From assembly GCA_951804945.1 (NCBI GenBank), contig OX638157.1, positions 43,400,001 through 43,464,000 on the forward strand: a stretch of 64,000 nucleotides of DNA, written 5' to 3'. This DNA comes from Podarcis cretensis (lineage: Eukaryota). Shown piece after piece: positions 50,760 through 63,166 of this stretch. A model generated the notes under the pieces. That model saw only the letters and a program-made list of their open reading frames with translations, searched no databases and was not told the origin of the DNA. A program made the position numbers and the translations under genes. Numbering within the stretch: position 1 is the stretch's first letter; each line of letters begins with the position of its first letter.

Positions 50760-53110
50760 CTGCAAGTATCTGGTCAATTTCCTTTATGCTATTGTGCCAT
50801 AATGTGCATGGTGCTTTACAAGATAACAAAGTACAGGTCTCTACCAGGAGGAACTAACAAATCTAATGTTCAACATGGAAGCAGTAGCAGAGAGGGTAAG
50901 GATGATTAATGTAAGAGCCAGCCAGTGCAGGTGTTTAGGGAGGGTGGTTTTATAGCCTGAGCAATGAATGATTTTGGCAGCAAAATAGAGGATGGAGATG
51001 AGAGAGGGCTAAATGTGACAACAGCAAGCTAGAGAATAGAATAGTGTAGCAATTAAAGTTAGGGGATGATTAGAGCATGAACTGCTGCACAAAAGTCAGA
51101 GGGGCTATTTTCATAATGTTGTACCAGGAGAAGCAACTTGACTTAACAGATTGCATAAAATGGAATGGAGGAATTAAAGATAAACTCAAAGCTGATCAGC
51201 AAGTGTCTGATCAACAAGTGGGTAGTAATCTTATCAATGGATAAGGAGCATGTGCAAAGACAGTAAGGTTCAGTAGGAAAGATCAGCCCTGTATGTATTG
51301 AGACAACAATGAAACATAAAACAGGGAAACCAAAAAGCAGTTGGAAATGAAGGATTGGATGTAGAAGGGAAGTTATTGGACAGAGAGGTAGAGTTGGGTG
51401 TCATCAGTGTGTACTGAAAGCCACAAAGTTTAATGAAGTCACTAAGGGACAGTATAGTTAGAGAAAATAGCAGAAGGCTGAGAATAACTCCCTGTGGAGG
51501 TTCAGCAGAGAAGAACTTTCCCTATGGAAACAGTGATCAAGTAATTAGACTGATAGGAAATAAACCAGCTAAGAACAGAGCCATAGAAACAGAGTACGTA
51601 AAAGGAGCGAAGCCGAAAAATTAATGAACTGTATTAGAGGCAACAAAGGCACCAATGAGAAGAGGAAGAAGATGATAGAGACCTTTTGGATTTGGCATTG
51701 AGGAGTGATTTGATGAGGGTAGCTTCAGTGGAGTTCAAGAGGTAGAAGCCAGATGACAGGGAACTAAGAGAGGAATCGAGAGAAATTTAAGACAGGGAAG
51801 TATGTGGCACAGTCCAGAGATTCGAAAGCAAAGGGTAAAGCTCAGATTATTTTTTTATGGATGTGAAAAAGAGAGGCATGTTTAAATGCAAGAAGGAAAG
51901 AGCCAGAGAATGGGGAGAAATTTAATATGTGGAAGGATATTTGTGATAAAAAGATATGACACCCAGGAGTCAGGATCATGGGGCAGGTAATAAAGGACAA
52001 CATAATAGTCAACCAAAGAGAAAGCAAAAATTGGTTGAAGTAGGTTTAAGAGGCAAAATAGCTGGAAATGAGAGGAAAGATGTGCATTTTGGATACTGTG
52101 TTCATGATTGTGTGATGAACAGAAATTCTAATTTACAGGAGTAAATCAGGACCATGTGTGTGAGGTGGATCTACCCTTTACACCTGCATTTTGGTCCAAG
52201 CAAAACTTTCCCCTTAGTGTGGTGAGAAACAGTAAACTGGTATGCAATGTATGTCAGAGACATAATGCAAGGGGGAAGGGTTAACCTTCCTCCTACACAG
52301 TAAGATCCTACCTGTATTGTCCTTTCCTCCTGGCAACAGCTGTTTTAAAAATGACCACATATCATTAGGCTATGTATTCATCATTATGTGTTGTTTGACT
52401 CAAAGAGATTGACTTGAGGATGTTGGCTAAAGGCTGGGGTATTTAGAGGGGTCAGTAGTTAGTTGAGAGAGCTGGGGCAAACAAATCTAGAGTTGGTTGA
52501 TGAACTGTACTTAACCCCTGAAGAGCATAAGGGAGACATGGCAGAGAAGTAGGCAATGTTCCCAAGAAAGCCTTGCACCACTTGACTGCAGGTGACAAAT
52601 GGAGCAAGAAGTAGAATATACAGAAGGCAGAGAGTGTGCATGTCGAAGAAGAGAATGTGTTGCTCAGATTGGATGAACTCTGTGGCACAAGCTGAGCATT
52701 TCCAAGTGAAGATGAGAACAAGAAAATGCCCAAAGTCATATGTTGGGGAATGCATCCCAAAGCAAACATAGAAGGAATGAGGGACAGGAGATGGGAAGCA
52801 GCTGTGTCACAGACACAATGAATGTTAAGTTTGAAATCACAGGAGGAAGGTACAGAAGTTGTCGGAGTCTGAATGGAAAGTTGAGAGTGGGGCAGGTGGT
52901 GATACAGGATAGAAATATAGAGATGAGATGCAAAGGGGAACAGATTTTTGCGGAATGAATTTGGGAGGCAGTGGAATGAGAGGTCAGCAGAAGCAGGGAC
53001 TGGCAGAATTGGAAGTTCAAAGGCCACCACCACAGTAACCTCCAGTGAGAAGTATGTGGAAGAAAGTAATTTGAAAGGAAAGGGCAACAACAGTGTCAGG
53101 AGGGGGCAGT
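50760..53110 (-). mobile_element. Ancient decayed L2 LINE
   Basis: Purine-rich + strand; reverse complement gives TDDTQL (51392-51413, YADDTQL-like) and STEATLIKSLLNAKS (about 51688-51733, HSTETALxKVxNDLLxAK-like). Boundaries approximate. Confidence 0.7.
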
Positions 53111-56100
53111 TAAAGTATTTGTGAGAGCTGGTATTATGCTTATGTAGAATTAGTAATTGTTTATGACGTGATCAATAGAAATTAAAATGCATATTTTGCT
53201 TTGTAATGTTTTGTTCTGTGATGCTGTACTAGAGACTACTTTCTGTTTTCACATTGTTGCATGTGACTTTGTTTATAGGTTGGGAAATAGATGAGTATGT
53301 TACTTTATTGAATTGAACAAGCGCTTAATAAAAACTACTATCCATCATTTGTTATTTAACATAGTCTAGTAGACACAAATAAATGAACTAGAAAATGAAT
53401 TGTGGAAGATAAGAGACTTTCGTAGTTCTCAGAAGGTTGATATCCATATATATTATACTTACTCTTTTTAAAATGGTAAATTATGTAAATATTAATGTTA
53501 CTGACTACACTGTGGGTTTGGTGAGTGTGGTTTCTTTCTTTAGTTGCTTGGGCACCTTCTTATGGAGACATTCACAAATGACACCCAGAAGTAATGGTTC
53601 ACCTTATGTTTGATTATGGAGTAAAAAAAATAGTAGCTGCAAATATTACTTATGGTGTTGTGTGCTCAGTTAACTCTTTCCGGTATTTGCTTCATATGGA
53701 GTATTTAATACTGCAGGTTTAAGAGCAGCTATGCAATGAAAATATATTCATAGACGTCCTTTTGAGTTGAATAAATCATGAAGCTGAATCTTGAGATGCT
53801 TTCGGCAATAATCTGAGAATATTCCTGTTTAAATATTTATGTTTGTTTCTAAAATTGTATGTCATGTGTTATACATAAAAGACAAATCCATTTAAAACAA
53901 GAATTACTTGCCAATATGAAATATCCTACAATCATTATTTGTAAGAGGTCATTGAGGTCCCTTTGAATATACTGAAAAATTCTAATACTTTTGCAGGGTA
54001 AGGGTAAGCAGTTTGCTCTCTGCCCTGCAAAACAGTAGTATTGTGCGGCATTCAAGCTTTTCTTGGAATGTTGTGCTATCCCAAATTTCACGTCTGTAAC
54101 AAATTCCTGGCCTTTAAGGCTAGATTGTATCTTCAAAAATACTGACAGTGGCGATCGGATGGATAATACTAGGTAACCAAACATCCAATACCTTCCCCAC
54201 ATTGCCCAAAGGCTGCAGTCATCATACCTCATGATTTAGACTTCAATTTGGATGTTAAGAGCCGTCAGTACACCAGTACACCACGGTGCCTGGCCACACT
54301 AATTTAAGGGGCACTTACCTTCTTTGTTTCTTACCTATTGAAAAAATAATAAATGGATGTTAAGGTGCAAGTTTTAAAAATGTGGTCTTTATGTAGAGGC
54401 TGCCATGAACCACTTTTGAATAATTAAGCATCCATATGGTGGTCATAACTTTTTACTGGACTTTGATGCATGGTCTGACCTAATGGCATTATCATGAGCT
54501 GTCCATATAACCTGGCCACCCTGTGGAGGTAGCTTTTAATCAATTGATTAAGTATACTCATACACCCAAAAAAAGAAAAAAAGAGAAACTTCATCATATT
54601 CAGCCAAACTTAACACAAGTGATATTCCAATTTGGATGTGAAAAAGAGAGGCATGTGTTTTTGAACTCCAGTCTTCAGAGGTTTAAACAGCAGTGCAAGG
54701 CTATTTGCCAAAAAAGCTTTCAAAGAGCACTGCAAATACCCTACAATCAGGATTCTGCACTGTGAAGCCCCCCCCCCCCCGCCACCTGTCATATTTGCCC
54801 CAGCAGGGGTGGGAAGATAAGAATTTGACTCTCTGGTCAGAAAGTTTTCTCACCCTTGTAGCACAGCATCCTGTTTCCCACACTGGCCAGTCCCAATGCC
54901 CATAGAAAGTTCACAGGCAGGGCGTGTGTGCAAAAGCCCTCTTCTGCCGTCTTCTGGTTTACAGAAGCATGCTCTCTCTGATCCTTAAAGATAAAGTCTA
55001 TGCAAATAGTATACAGTATTTTGTGTTCAACATGGCTCATATGTTGTTTGCTCAAAAAACATAGAAAGTGACCGTATACTAGGTCAGGTTTATAGACCTT
55101 AGATTTTCTGCTAAAATGGCTTTTAACCAGAGATAAAACTTGAGGCCCTGGAAACCTGTTGCCTGTTAGAGTAGATGATACTAGATTAGCTGTACAAATC
55201 TGGCATGGCCAGATCATCATTGGGCTGAAATAAAGCAGTGTGGTTAATGGATTAATACCTCTAAATGGAGTCTATAAGTGAAAAGTGACTATCAGTTAAG
55301 ACTGAAACAAAAAGTTTATGGAGGGGGCAGATAAATTTGTTCCAGTATGAAAAGTCTTTTCAGTACAGTACTTGGAATAGCTTGGCTAGAGTGTCAAATC
55401 CACAATTTTTATGCTAGAGCATTTATCCAGCTGTCCATTGAAAACAACTTTTTAAAATTCTATAAGGATAGAATATCTGTGGAAAGTCTAGCATGTGCAT
55501 CTCATATAATCTCATATCTCAAATTAACATTTTTTTTAAAAAAACATACTTGACCTTTTCTACTGCTATCTGACCTTTAATATTTTAGCCCCAAGTCTAG
55601 TAAACATCAGTTTAGAAAGCAATGGTTTACAGAGCATTCTCAATAGACTTCATCTCCTTCAAATCATAACAGTTGAAGCTTAGCAGATGCTGTGGCATTA
55701 AATCTACTTCTGCAGAAAAAGCAGCTTTATTTCAGACGGCAGGCAAATATGTTTGGGATTTATTAAGTGTTTCATCTTAGAACTGAAACAATAAAATATA
55801 TTCACCTCTGGGTACCTATTAATGACCTTAAGCCACGTGTTGGCTGGATTTTCTGATTTCCATATGATCGACAGAGCAGATTAGAATTGGGAGATAGTGT
55901 TCTTCCTCTCTGGTACACATACAGTGTCTGGAAGTTAACTCCCATATCTGATAGACTGGCTGTTTGCAATTTTACGATACAAATGTGACCTGCATCCAGA
56001 TGCTGCAGCGTGGCGTTTTTCTATTCACGGTTCCATCCATGTCCTCTTGTAGGATACCCTATTGCATTCCAGCAGCACCCCAATTTTTCTGCCCTAATCA

Positions 56101-56635
56101 GACATTATTCTGTGGACAGTGAGGATGCCAAGTCCTCATGGAGCTGTTCCTTTGCATGGAGTAGGGGTAGAGGCTCTTAGGTGTCTGTTCTTGAAAATTA
56201 TCTGTACTTCTACAAAACATAGAGCTCCCCAAAGCATGCTGAAGCATCCCATTTGCTTCTTGGTAGCTCTTCTTTGCCTTTGGTGGTGCTCACCTGCTGA
56301 GTTCATGACTGAAGTGAGTGATTAATTGATGTCAGTGTTCTAGGTTTCATCGCGAACATGTAATACTTTAGATGGGTTTGAAAATGGGACTAAGCAGCAC
56401 CCACATATATATTAATCTTGCTTTCGATTTAAGTATGTTCCAGGTGTGCCTACTTTACCCAAAATACAGTGAATTCCTGTTGTATACTTCCCACAGGTAA
56501 TGGAAAAGTGCTGAGAAAAGATGAACCTTGTCTTGTCTGTGGAGTAAATATTAAATTCGCTTCATGTACATGTTTTGAGTTGTGTTTAGTATTATAAGAG
56601 GCCTCTGAATGTTTTTTTCTCAATGATCATTTCAG

Positions 56636-56813
56636 GCCACAGAGAGTGAAGCTGGCGATATGGATCTGAGTGGGTTACCAGAGACAGCAGTGGATTCTGA
56701 GGATGATGATGATGAAGAGGATATTGAGAGGGCTTCTGATCCTCTAATGAGCAGGGATATTGTTAGAGATTGCCTGGAGAAAGACCCAATAGACAGGACA
56801 GATGATGATATTG
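56636..56813 (+). CDS. RAPGEF2: RAPGEF2 exon [59 protein letters not shown](E)
   Basis: Acceptor catttcag|, donor ttg|gtaagc; 178 nt, phase 0/1. Confidence 0.96.
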
Positions 56814-57137
56814 GTAAGCTACCATGGAAACCCAGCAGAGGAAGATGTTAGTGGCATTTGCAGTTTCTTTAACATGTGTTTTATTTTCCAAAATATTACT
56901 AAATGACACTTTAACAAAAAAGATTTTTAATATAATAAACAAAAGGAAGTTGTAAAATGCTTGAAACGTAGTATGATTTATGACTTGTTAAACCTGTAGA
57001 ATATAATGAAAATACCGTACACAACACATTGTGGAATAATACAAGCTTAGAATCCCATGGCATATTCCTAAAATCTCATTATCAAGTAGTTGTCATTGCT
57101 TATACATGTTTAACTCAGTGAGTTCATTATTCTTTAG

Positions 57138-57274
57138 AACAACTCCTGGAATTCATGCATCAGTTACCCGCTTTTGCTAATATGACAATGTCAGTGAGGA
57201 GAGAACTCTGTGCTGTGATGGTGTTTGCAGTCGTAGAAAGGGCGGGGACCATAGTTCTAAATGATGGAGAAGAG
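57138..57274 (+). CDS. RAPGEF2: RAPGEF2 exon, start of cNMP-binding domain (E)[45 protein letters not shown]
   Basis: Acceptor ttattctttag|, donor gag|gtaagt; 137 nt, phase 1/0. Confidence 0.96.
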
Positions 57275-57744
57275 GTAAGTAGTTGCATAATTCAGTGGTC
57301 CTTCCTGAGACATCTAAAACTTCTTTTTTATGTTCTTAACCCCCCCCCCCCATAAAATATTTTTGCACCGGTGCTTACAGATAACCATTTGCTGAACAGA
57401 ATATTCTTAATGTAGCTTGGACTTAGACTTCAGTTCACTTTCACATTTGTAGTAGATCACAGATGGGTGTAATGTAGCCTGAATGTTATGCCAGTGAAAA
57501 ATGGTATTAAATGTATGCAGTTTCCTATGTTCCTGTATTTGCAAGCCCTTCCTTACAACCACAAGGCTTCAGTTTGACAGATAACATCAGATGCAAATTA
57601 GTTGCAGCAACTGCAGTGATCTATAACTGCCAACTGCCCCACCCTCCGTGTTCTAAAACTGCCAGCTTGGCTTAGAGCATCTTTTGATCAGAGGAGTTGA
57701 GGAGAGTCAGGAGTGAAAGCGATAGAGTGCTGTCTGGTTTTGTC

Positions 57745-58076
57745 GTGTGATATTAGTGTTGGGTATGCGATATCAGCGTTGGGTGTGTGATATCAGCGTT
57801 GGGTGTGCGATATCAGCGTTGGGTGTGCGATATCAGCGTTGGGTGTGCGATATCAGCGTTGGGTGTGTGATATCAATGTTGGGTGTGTGATATCAGCGTT
57901 GGGTGTGCGATATCAGTGTTGGGTATGTGATAACAGCATTGGGTGTGCGATATCAACGTTGGGTGTGTGATATCAGCGTTGGGTGTGCGATATCAGCGTT
58001 GGGTGTGTGATATCAGTGTTGGGTGTGTGATAGCAGTGTTGGATGTGTGATATCAGCATTGGGTGTGCGATATCAT
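57745..58076. repeat. Minisatellite, about 16.5 copies of a 20-bp unit GTGTGYGATATCAGYGTTGG
   Basis: Strict 20-nt periodicity visible in the listing. Confidence 0.97.
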
Positions 58077-58561
58077 TGAGTATTGTAGGCATGGGGAAAG
58101 TGTGCTCGAAGTGTACCTGTCTGTATGCAGATCCTGAAGAGAGAGCAGAGCAAGCAAGTGTAAGAAAGAGCTTGAGAGATCAGGAGCCATGTGTCACGCA
58201 GCCCTCGGATGGTTTAGCAAGCTCAAATGTGACCCATGGGTCTGAAAAGGTTAGCTGTCCTGTTCCATACTGCTTATAGCAGAAGCAAATACAATGTTTA
58301 ATCTTCTTTGCCTTAAAAGTAGCTGATAAATAAGGCAGCATATCCAGTAGATATGTCTGCATCTCCTTTAACCTCTGTACATGTGTAAAGTTTATGTTGG
58401 TAAAATTGCAGGATCTTGAAGTGGTTTTTATTATGTATACGTGTACTTTCCCGCTTTTTTCATTTCCCTTTTATTGAAAAACAAATTCACACAATGTTCC
58501 CTAAAAAGGTGAAATGGTTTTCCTATGTTTGTATGTCTCAAACTCTATGTTTCATTTTTAG

Positions 58562-58720
58562 CTGGACTCCTGGTCTGTTATTTTGAATGGTTCTGTGGAA
58601 GTAACCCATCCTGAAGGAAGATCAGAAATATTATGCATGGGAAACAGTTTTGGTGTTTCCCCTACCATGGACAAAGAATACATGAAAGGAGTAATGAGAA
58701 CCAAAGTGGATGATTGCCAG
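58562..58720 (+). CDS. RAPGEF2: RAPGEF2 exon [53 protein letters not shown] (cNMP-binding domain)
   Basis: Acceptor ttcatttttag|, donor cag|gtagaa; 159 nt, phase 0/0. Not in the ORF track. Confidence 0.96.
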
Positions 58721-58958
58721 GTAGAAAATAAAATATGAATTACCTGTTAGATTAATATGCAAATATATGACAGGCTCAGGTGTAATGCTGAATTATTGTT
58801 GGTGTGTTTTCCTTTCTTCTCCAGCACAGCTGTGTGGAAGAGATCAGAATATGTGGTTACTCTATGACAAAGCTGGCCAGTGGGTTGGATCCAGAATTCC
58901 CCTACCCTCCACAGGCCACTTTTGACAGGTGGTCAGGATCACCCACCTGCCACTCACA

Positions 58959-59020
58959 TGACACGACACGACACGACACGACACGACACGACACGACACG
59001 ACACGACACAACACAACACA
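58959..59020. repeat. (ACACG)n pentanucleotide microsatellite decaying to (ACACA)n
   Basis: Read directly. Confidence 0.93.
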
Positions 59021-59384
59021 TCAAGTGACCTAACTTTGAACCCATGGCAAAGGAATCAGGAGCCACTCTTAAGAGCATCCACTTCCTCCTTTGTGGTCTC
59101 AGGATGAATTCAAGCTATGCTTGCAAAGGAACGTGTTTTTTTCCTTTGCAGTCTCAGCTTGAATTCAAGCTGCAAAGATTCCTGCCAAGAGTGATTCTTG
59201 CATTTGGCGGTGGATTTAAATTCAGTGCAAATGCAAGTGCCACTCTTGGAAGAGATGACTTCATTCGGAAGTTCCAGTTGGGAGTTCTAAGTGAAGCCAA
59301 TCGCCAACAAGGCACAATCAGCACTAAATTTACATGAATAGCTTCTAAGTGGAACAAAGCAGAGCTTGCATTTGACACAACAAA

Positions 59385-60233
59385 TGTAAGTCCCGCACCA
59401 GGAATACACTACTCTGGTGTGTCTTTGCAGCCGCAGCTTGACATTCTTCACACCTGCTGTCATATGGTGTCAGCTGTGGGACAGTTGGGTGTGGCTGAGG
59501 AAAACAGCTTTGTGAGTGATAGACCCCAGGAGGAAAGATGGAGCCCAGTCACCCAGGTGAAGGCAGCCTTGTGGTACAGAGGCTCCCTGATGCTGATACC
59601 AGGCCCAACGCTCACCAGCAGCATCAAGCAGCCCTGTTCTGCAAGGCTGGATAGGGTGGCTTGCACTGTACACCTTGTGAAGTGGTGCAGAGGCAGCCTG
59701 ATGGTGGTGCTGGGGCAAAGCATACACTTGGCTACTGCCTGGCTGCCTTCACCTGGGAGGGTGGGCTGCAACTTTCTTCTGAGGGAATACAACCACCCCA
59801 TGAGGAAAGAGGCAACCTGCCCGCTCGGGTGAAGGCAGTCAGATGCATGGAGCCTGACAGGTTCGGTGCTCTTGGCTACTACCACCTAGTCCATCTTCTG
59901 GAAGTGGAGGGCGAATGGGCTATCTCTTTCTCCCAGAAGAAAGAGGTACTTGCCCACCTTCCCCACACCAGCTAAGGTGGAGGGAGCCTCGGAAAGGAGC
60001 CTGTCAGGCTCTGTCCCAGGGCTCCCTCCATCTTGGGGGGGGGGGGGGTTGAGCGGGCTATGTCTTTCTCCCCCCAGAAAGAGGTAGCTCACCCACGCCA
60101 GCAAAGGCAGAGGGAGCCTGAGAAAGGAGTCCTTGCCACTCGCACGCCATAGATGTGGAGATCTATGCCTGATCTATGGGTTTGGGAAAGATCAACAGGC
60201 TGTTTATCCCATCTGGATAAATAGGTCTTAACA
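59385..60233. mobile_element. Unclassified GC-rich insertion, possibly a solo LTR
   Basis: Sharp GC rise; termini tgtaag...cttaaca; internal partial duplication; no clean TSD. Confidence 0.35.
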
Positions 60234-61999
60234 ACTGACTACTTGTTAGGGTTTTCATCCTGTTTTAAATATGTTTGTGTTTTAATTTTTTTAAGAATTA
60301 TTTTACATTTAAATCACCTTGAAACTGTAAATTTAGAAGGCAATTAATATAACAAGGGTAGCAACAACAATAATAAACCACAGTATGAAGTTGTTTACTA
60401 AACCATAAAAAGAACAGCCAAGGTTTATCCAGGTTTGGACAACTACCAACTGGGGTTGATCAGTTAGCTAAAACCTTAAGTTAGTTAAAAATGGAAGTGA
60501 CTGCTTCTGCACTCCTACCCATCGCTGTGCCAAAGGAGGAATATGGAGAGGTGAGCTGGCCAGCCTGAGGCTCACTCACATAGCACTAAACTGTATTGCA
60601 GCTGAACAAAGCCATTATGTGCCATAAATATGAGAACATTAAGTGATGTAAACTTGTGGCTGTAATATAACTTCAGTGTCTCAAGCGCGGCCTCATTGAT
60701 CTGTCAAAAAACCAAAATGAATATCCAGTGTTTGTGGTTAATGAACCTATTTGCAACACTTGTTAGTAAAGATCACATTCTTATGAATTTTAAATGAAAG
60801 AATATTAATTTGAAATATATGAATATTTATTCATTTCTTTCTTTGTTCTTAAATGCTGTATTTCAAGGTAGAGCCCGCCCAATGTGGCTTACAAAATGTA
60901 ATTAGTTTGTATTAAATACAGGATAATTTAGATTCATATTCATAACAGAGAGAGGAGTGCCTTACTGCTGCTGCTTCTCCCTATGACGGCCTCAGCAGTT
61001 GCAGTCGGTAGTTAGACAGAGAGAGAATCTCAGCTGCAGTTGTATCCAAGAATATAAAAAGCTGTGATTTTAAACATTCCAGTATAAAAGGGAATACATT
61101 CATTTCTAGAACCAAAATAGTTCATCAACAACCCTGGGTGATAAAAACTGGACATTGCACAAGTGTGGTGTGTTCAGTTAAAAACTTGCATGTTGTGAAA
61201 GGGTGAGGACATGACTGTCAGGTGGAAGGAATCACATATTTTATTTTACTTTATTATGCTTGGCAATAATATTATGATTAAAAGGGGGAAATAGCTGCTT
61301 ATTTTAATTGTAGAAGCAACTGTTAAAAAGGCATTTTCCTTTCATCATTTACTTTTTATATGCCCTCAAGATGGAAATTAGGAATTTCCTTAAAATAAAT
61401 GTCAAGTCAGATTTAGCTTTTATTTAGGGCAATAGGAGAAGGATAGAGATATGAAATTTCTTTGATAGGCATTAATTCATATTTTATCAATTAATCATGC
61501 ACTTTCCTAAGGCAAGAATTATAACAGAATATATCATCCTGGCTTATTCAACCACTTAGTGTAGCAGAAATGATCATAAGGCACATTTGGATATTCATTG
61601 CATAAAGCACTTTATCTGCAGTGATAACAGAAAAATTGCTTATGGTACCCCTTGTGATAGTGAACAGTTCCAAAATCAGAGAAATAGTGGAACCTGTAGA
61701 AGTTCAACTTCTGCATTTATTCTGCATTTAGCTGGAAAACTAATTTAGAAAAATATGTATGTGCCATAAAAGCAAAAAGAAGTTAATAATAATGAGCTTT
61801 AATGGGGGTTATTAATCGATCTCATGAAGTTAAAGGTCTGACTTCATAGTTTCTGCTACATTTGAGGATGGCAAATCTATAGCATCCCTTACACTTGGGA
61901 CTAAGGTATTCTAGGCAGCAGGGCAGGTTGGACAAAGTACTCTTAACATTTTAGAAACCATTACCTTTGAACTTGTCTCTTGCAATCTATTTTCCCTAG

Positions 62000-62152
62000 T
62001 TTGTGTGCATAGCCCAGCAAGATTATTGCCGCATCCTCAACCAAGTGGAGAAAAACATGCAGAAGGTAGAAGAGGAAGGAGAGATTGTTATGGTTAAAGA
62101 ACATAGGGAATTGGATCGCACTGGAACAAGAAAGGGTCACATTGTTATCAAG
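62000..62152 (+). CDS. RAPGEF2: RAPGEF2 exon [51 protein letters not shown]
   Basis: Acceptor ttttccctag|, donor aag|gtatat; 153 nt, phase 0/0. Confidence 0.96.
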
Positions 62153-62433
62153 GTATATTTTTATACTATAATATACCTAATAGCAGTTTATCATTTTCTT
62201 TCAAACCACAGTCTTTTTGATTTATATCCTAATGTTATACAGATGCTATCTTTTTTCAGACTTTTTAATGAGAAAAACTACCAAAGAACTATTCTTAATT
62301 GCTGTGTATGGTAATTTGTGTAAATCTGGTCCAGTACATGTATGTTAACTTCAGTGAGACAAAAAAAAGGGGGGGGGGGCTCAAGCTGAGATGCATTCAT
62401 GTGTATTGATATTTGAACATTTACATTTTATAG

Positions 62434-62598
62434 GGAACGCCGGAAAGGTTGACAATGCATTTGGTGGAAGAACATTCAGTGGTTGATCCAACATTTATCG
62501 AGGATTTCCTGTTGACCTACAGGACATTTCTTTCCAGCCCGATGGAAGTGGGGAAGAAGTTATTGGAGTGGTTCAATGATCCTAGCCTCAGGGATAAG
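62434..62598 (+). CDS. RAPGEF2: RAPGEF2 exon, REM (RasGEF N-terminal) domain [55 protein letters not shown]
   Basis: Acceptor acattttatag|, donor aag|gttgca; 165 nt, phase 0/0; FLLTYRTF is a typical REM motif. Confidence 0.95.
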
Positions 62599-62816
62599 GT
62601 TGCATTAATAATGACATTCTAAAATATGACCGTATTTTAATATACACTAATTAAACAAATTGTAAAGTGGTATTGGTTAGTTTAATTGGATAACAAAGCA
62701 GGCAATACCCCCCCCCCACTGGAGATAACATTTCAATGGAGGAGAAAAAGAATGTATATAATCTGATTGGCCACCTATCTCTATTTCACTACTTGTAGCA
62801 ATGCATGTAATGAAAA

Positions 62817-63166
62817 AAAGGTAAAGGACCCCTGACAGTTAAGTCCAGTCGCAAACGACTCTGTGGCTGCAGCGCTCATCTCGCTTTACTGGCCAAGGGA
62901 GCTGATGTTTGTCCACAGACAGTTTTTCCGGGTCATGTGGCCAGCATGACTAAGCTGCTAATGGCGAAACCAGAGCAGCGCACAGAAACGCCGTTTACCT
63001 TCCCGCTGGAGTGGTACCTATTTATCTATTTGCACTTTGATGTGCTTTTGAACTGCTAGGCTGGCAGGAGCTGGGACCGAGCAACGGGAGCTCACCCCGT
63101 CGCAGGGATTCAAACCGCTGACCTTCCGATCAGCAAGCCCTAGGCTCAGTGGTTTAGACCACAGCG
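62817..63166 (-). mobile_element. Sauria SINE (same subfamily as 2936-3279), head slightly truncated
   Basis: aaaggtaaagg tail, ttccgggtcatgtggccagcatgactaagc body, gggattcaaacc B box. Confidence 0.9.

Noticed and set aside
52452-53090. Longest ORF in the track (212 aa, minus strand) as a nested gene
   Set aside because: No recognisable domain, Leu/Ser/Phe-rich composition expected from a pyrimidine-rich strand, and it lies within a decayed L2 remnant.
57745-58076. CRISPR-like regular array
   Set aside because: Units are contiguous with no unique spacers, there are no cas genes, and the context is a vertebrate intron; it is a minisatellite.
12769-62598. Assignment to the paralogue RAPGEF6
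   Set aside because: The MKPLAIPANHGVMGQQEKHS start and the [17 protein letters not shown] and [16 protein letters not shown] segments match RAPGEF2 as I recall it.
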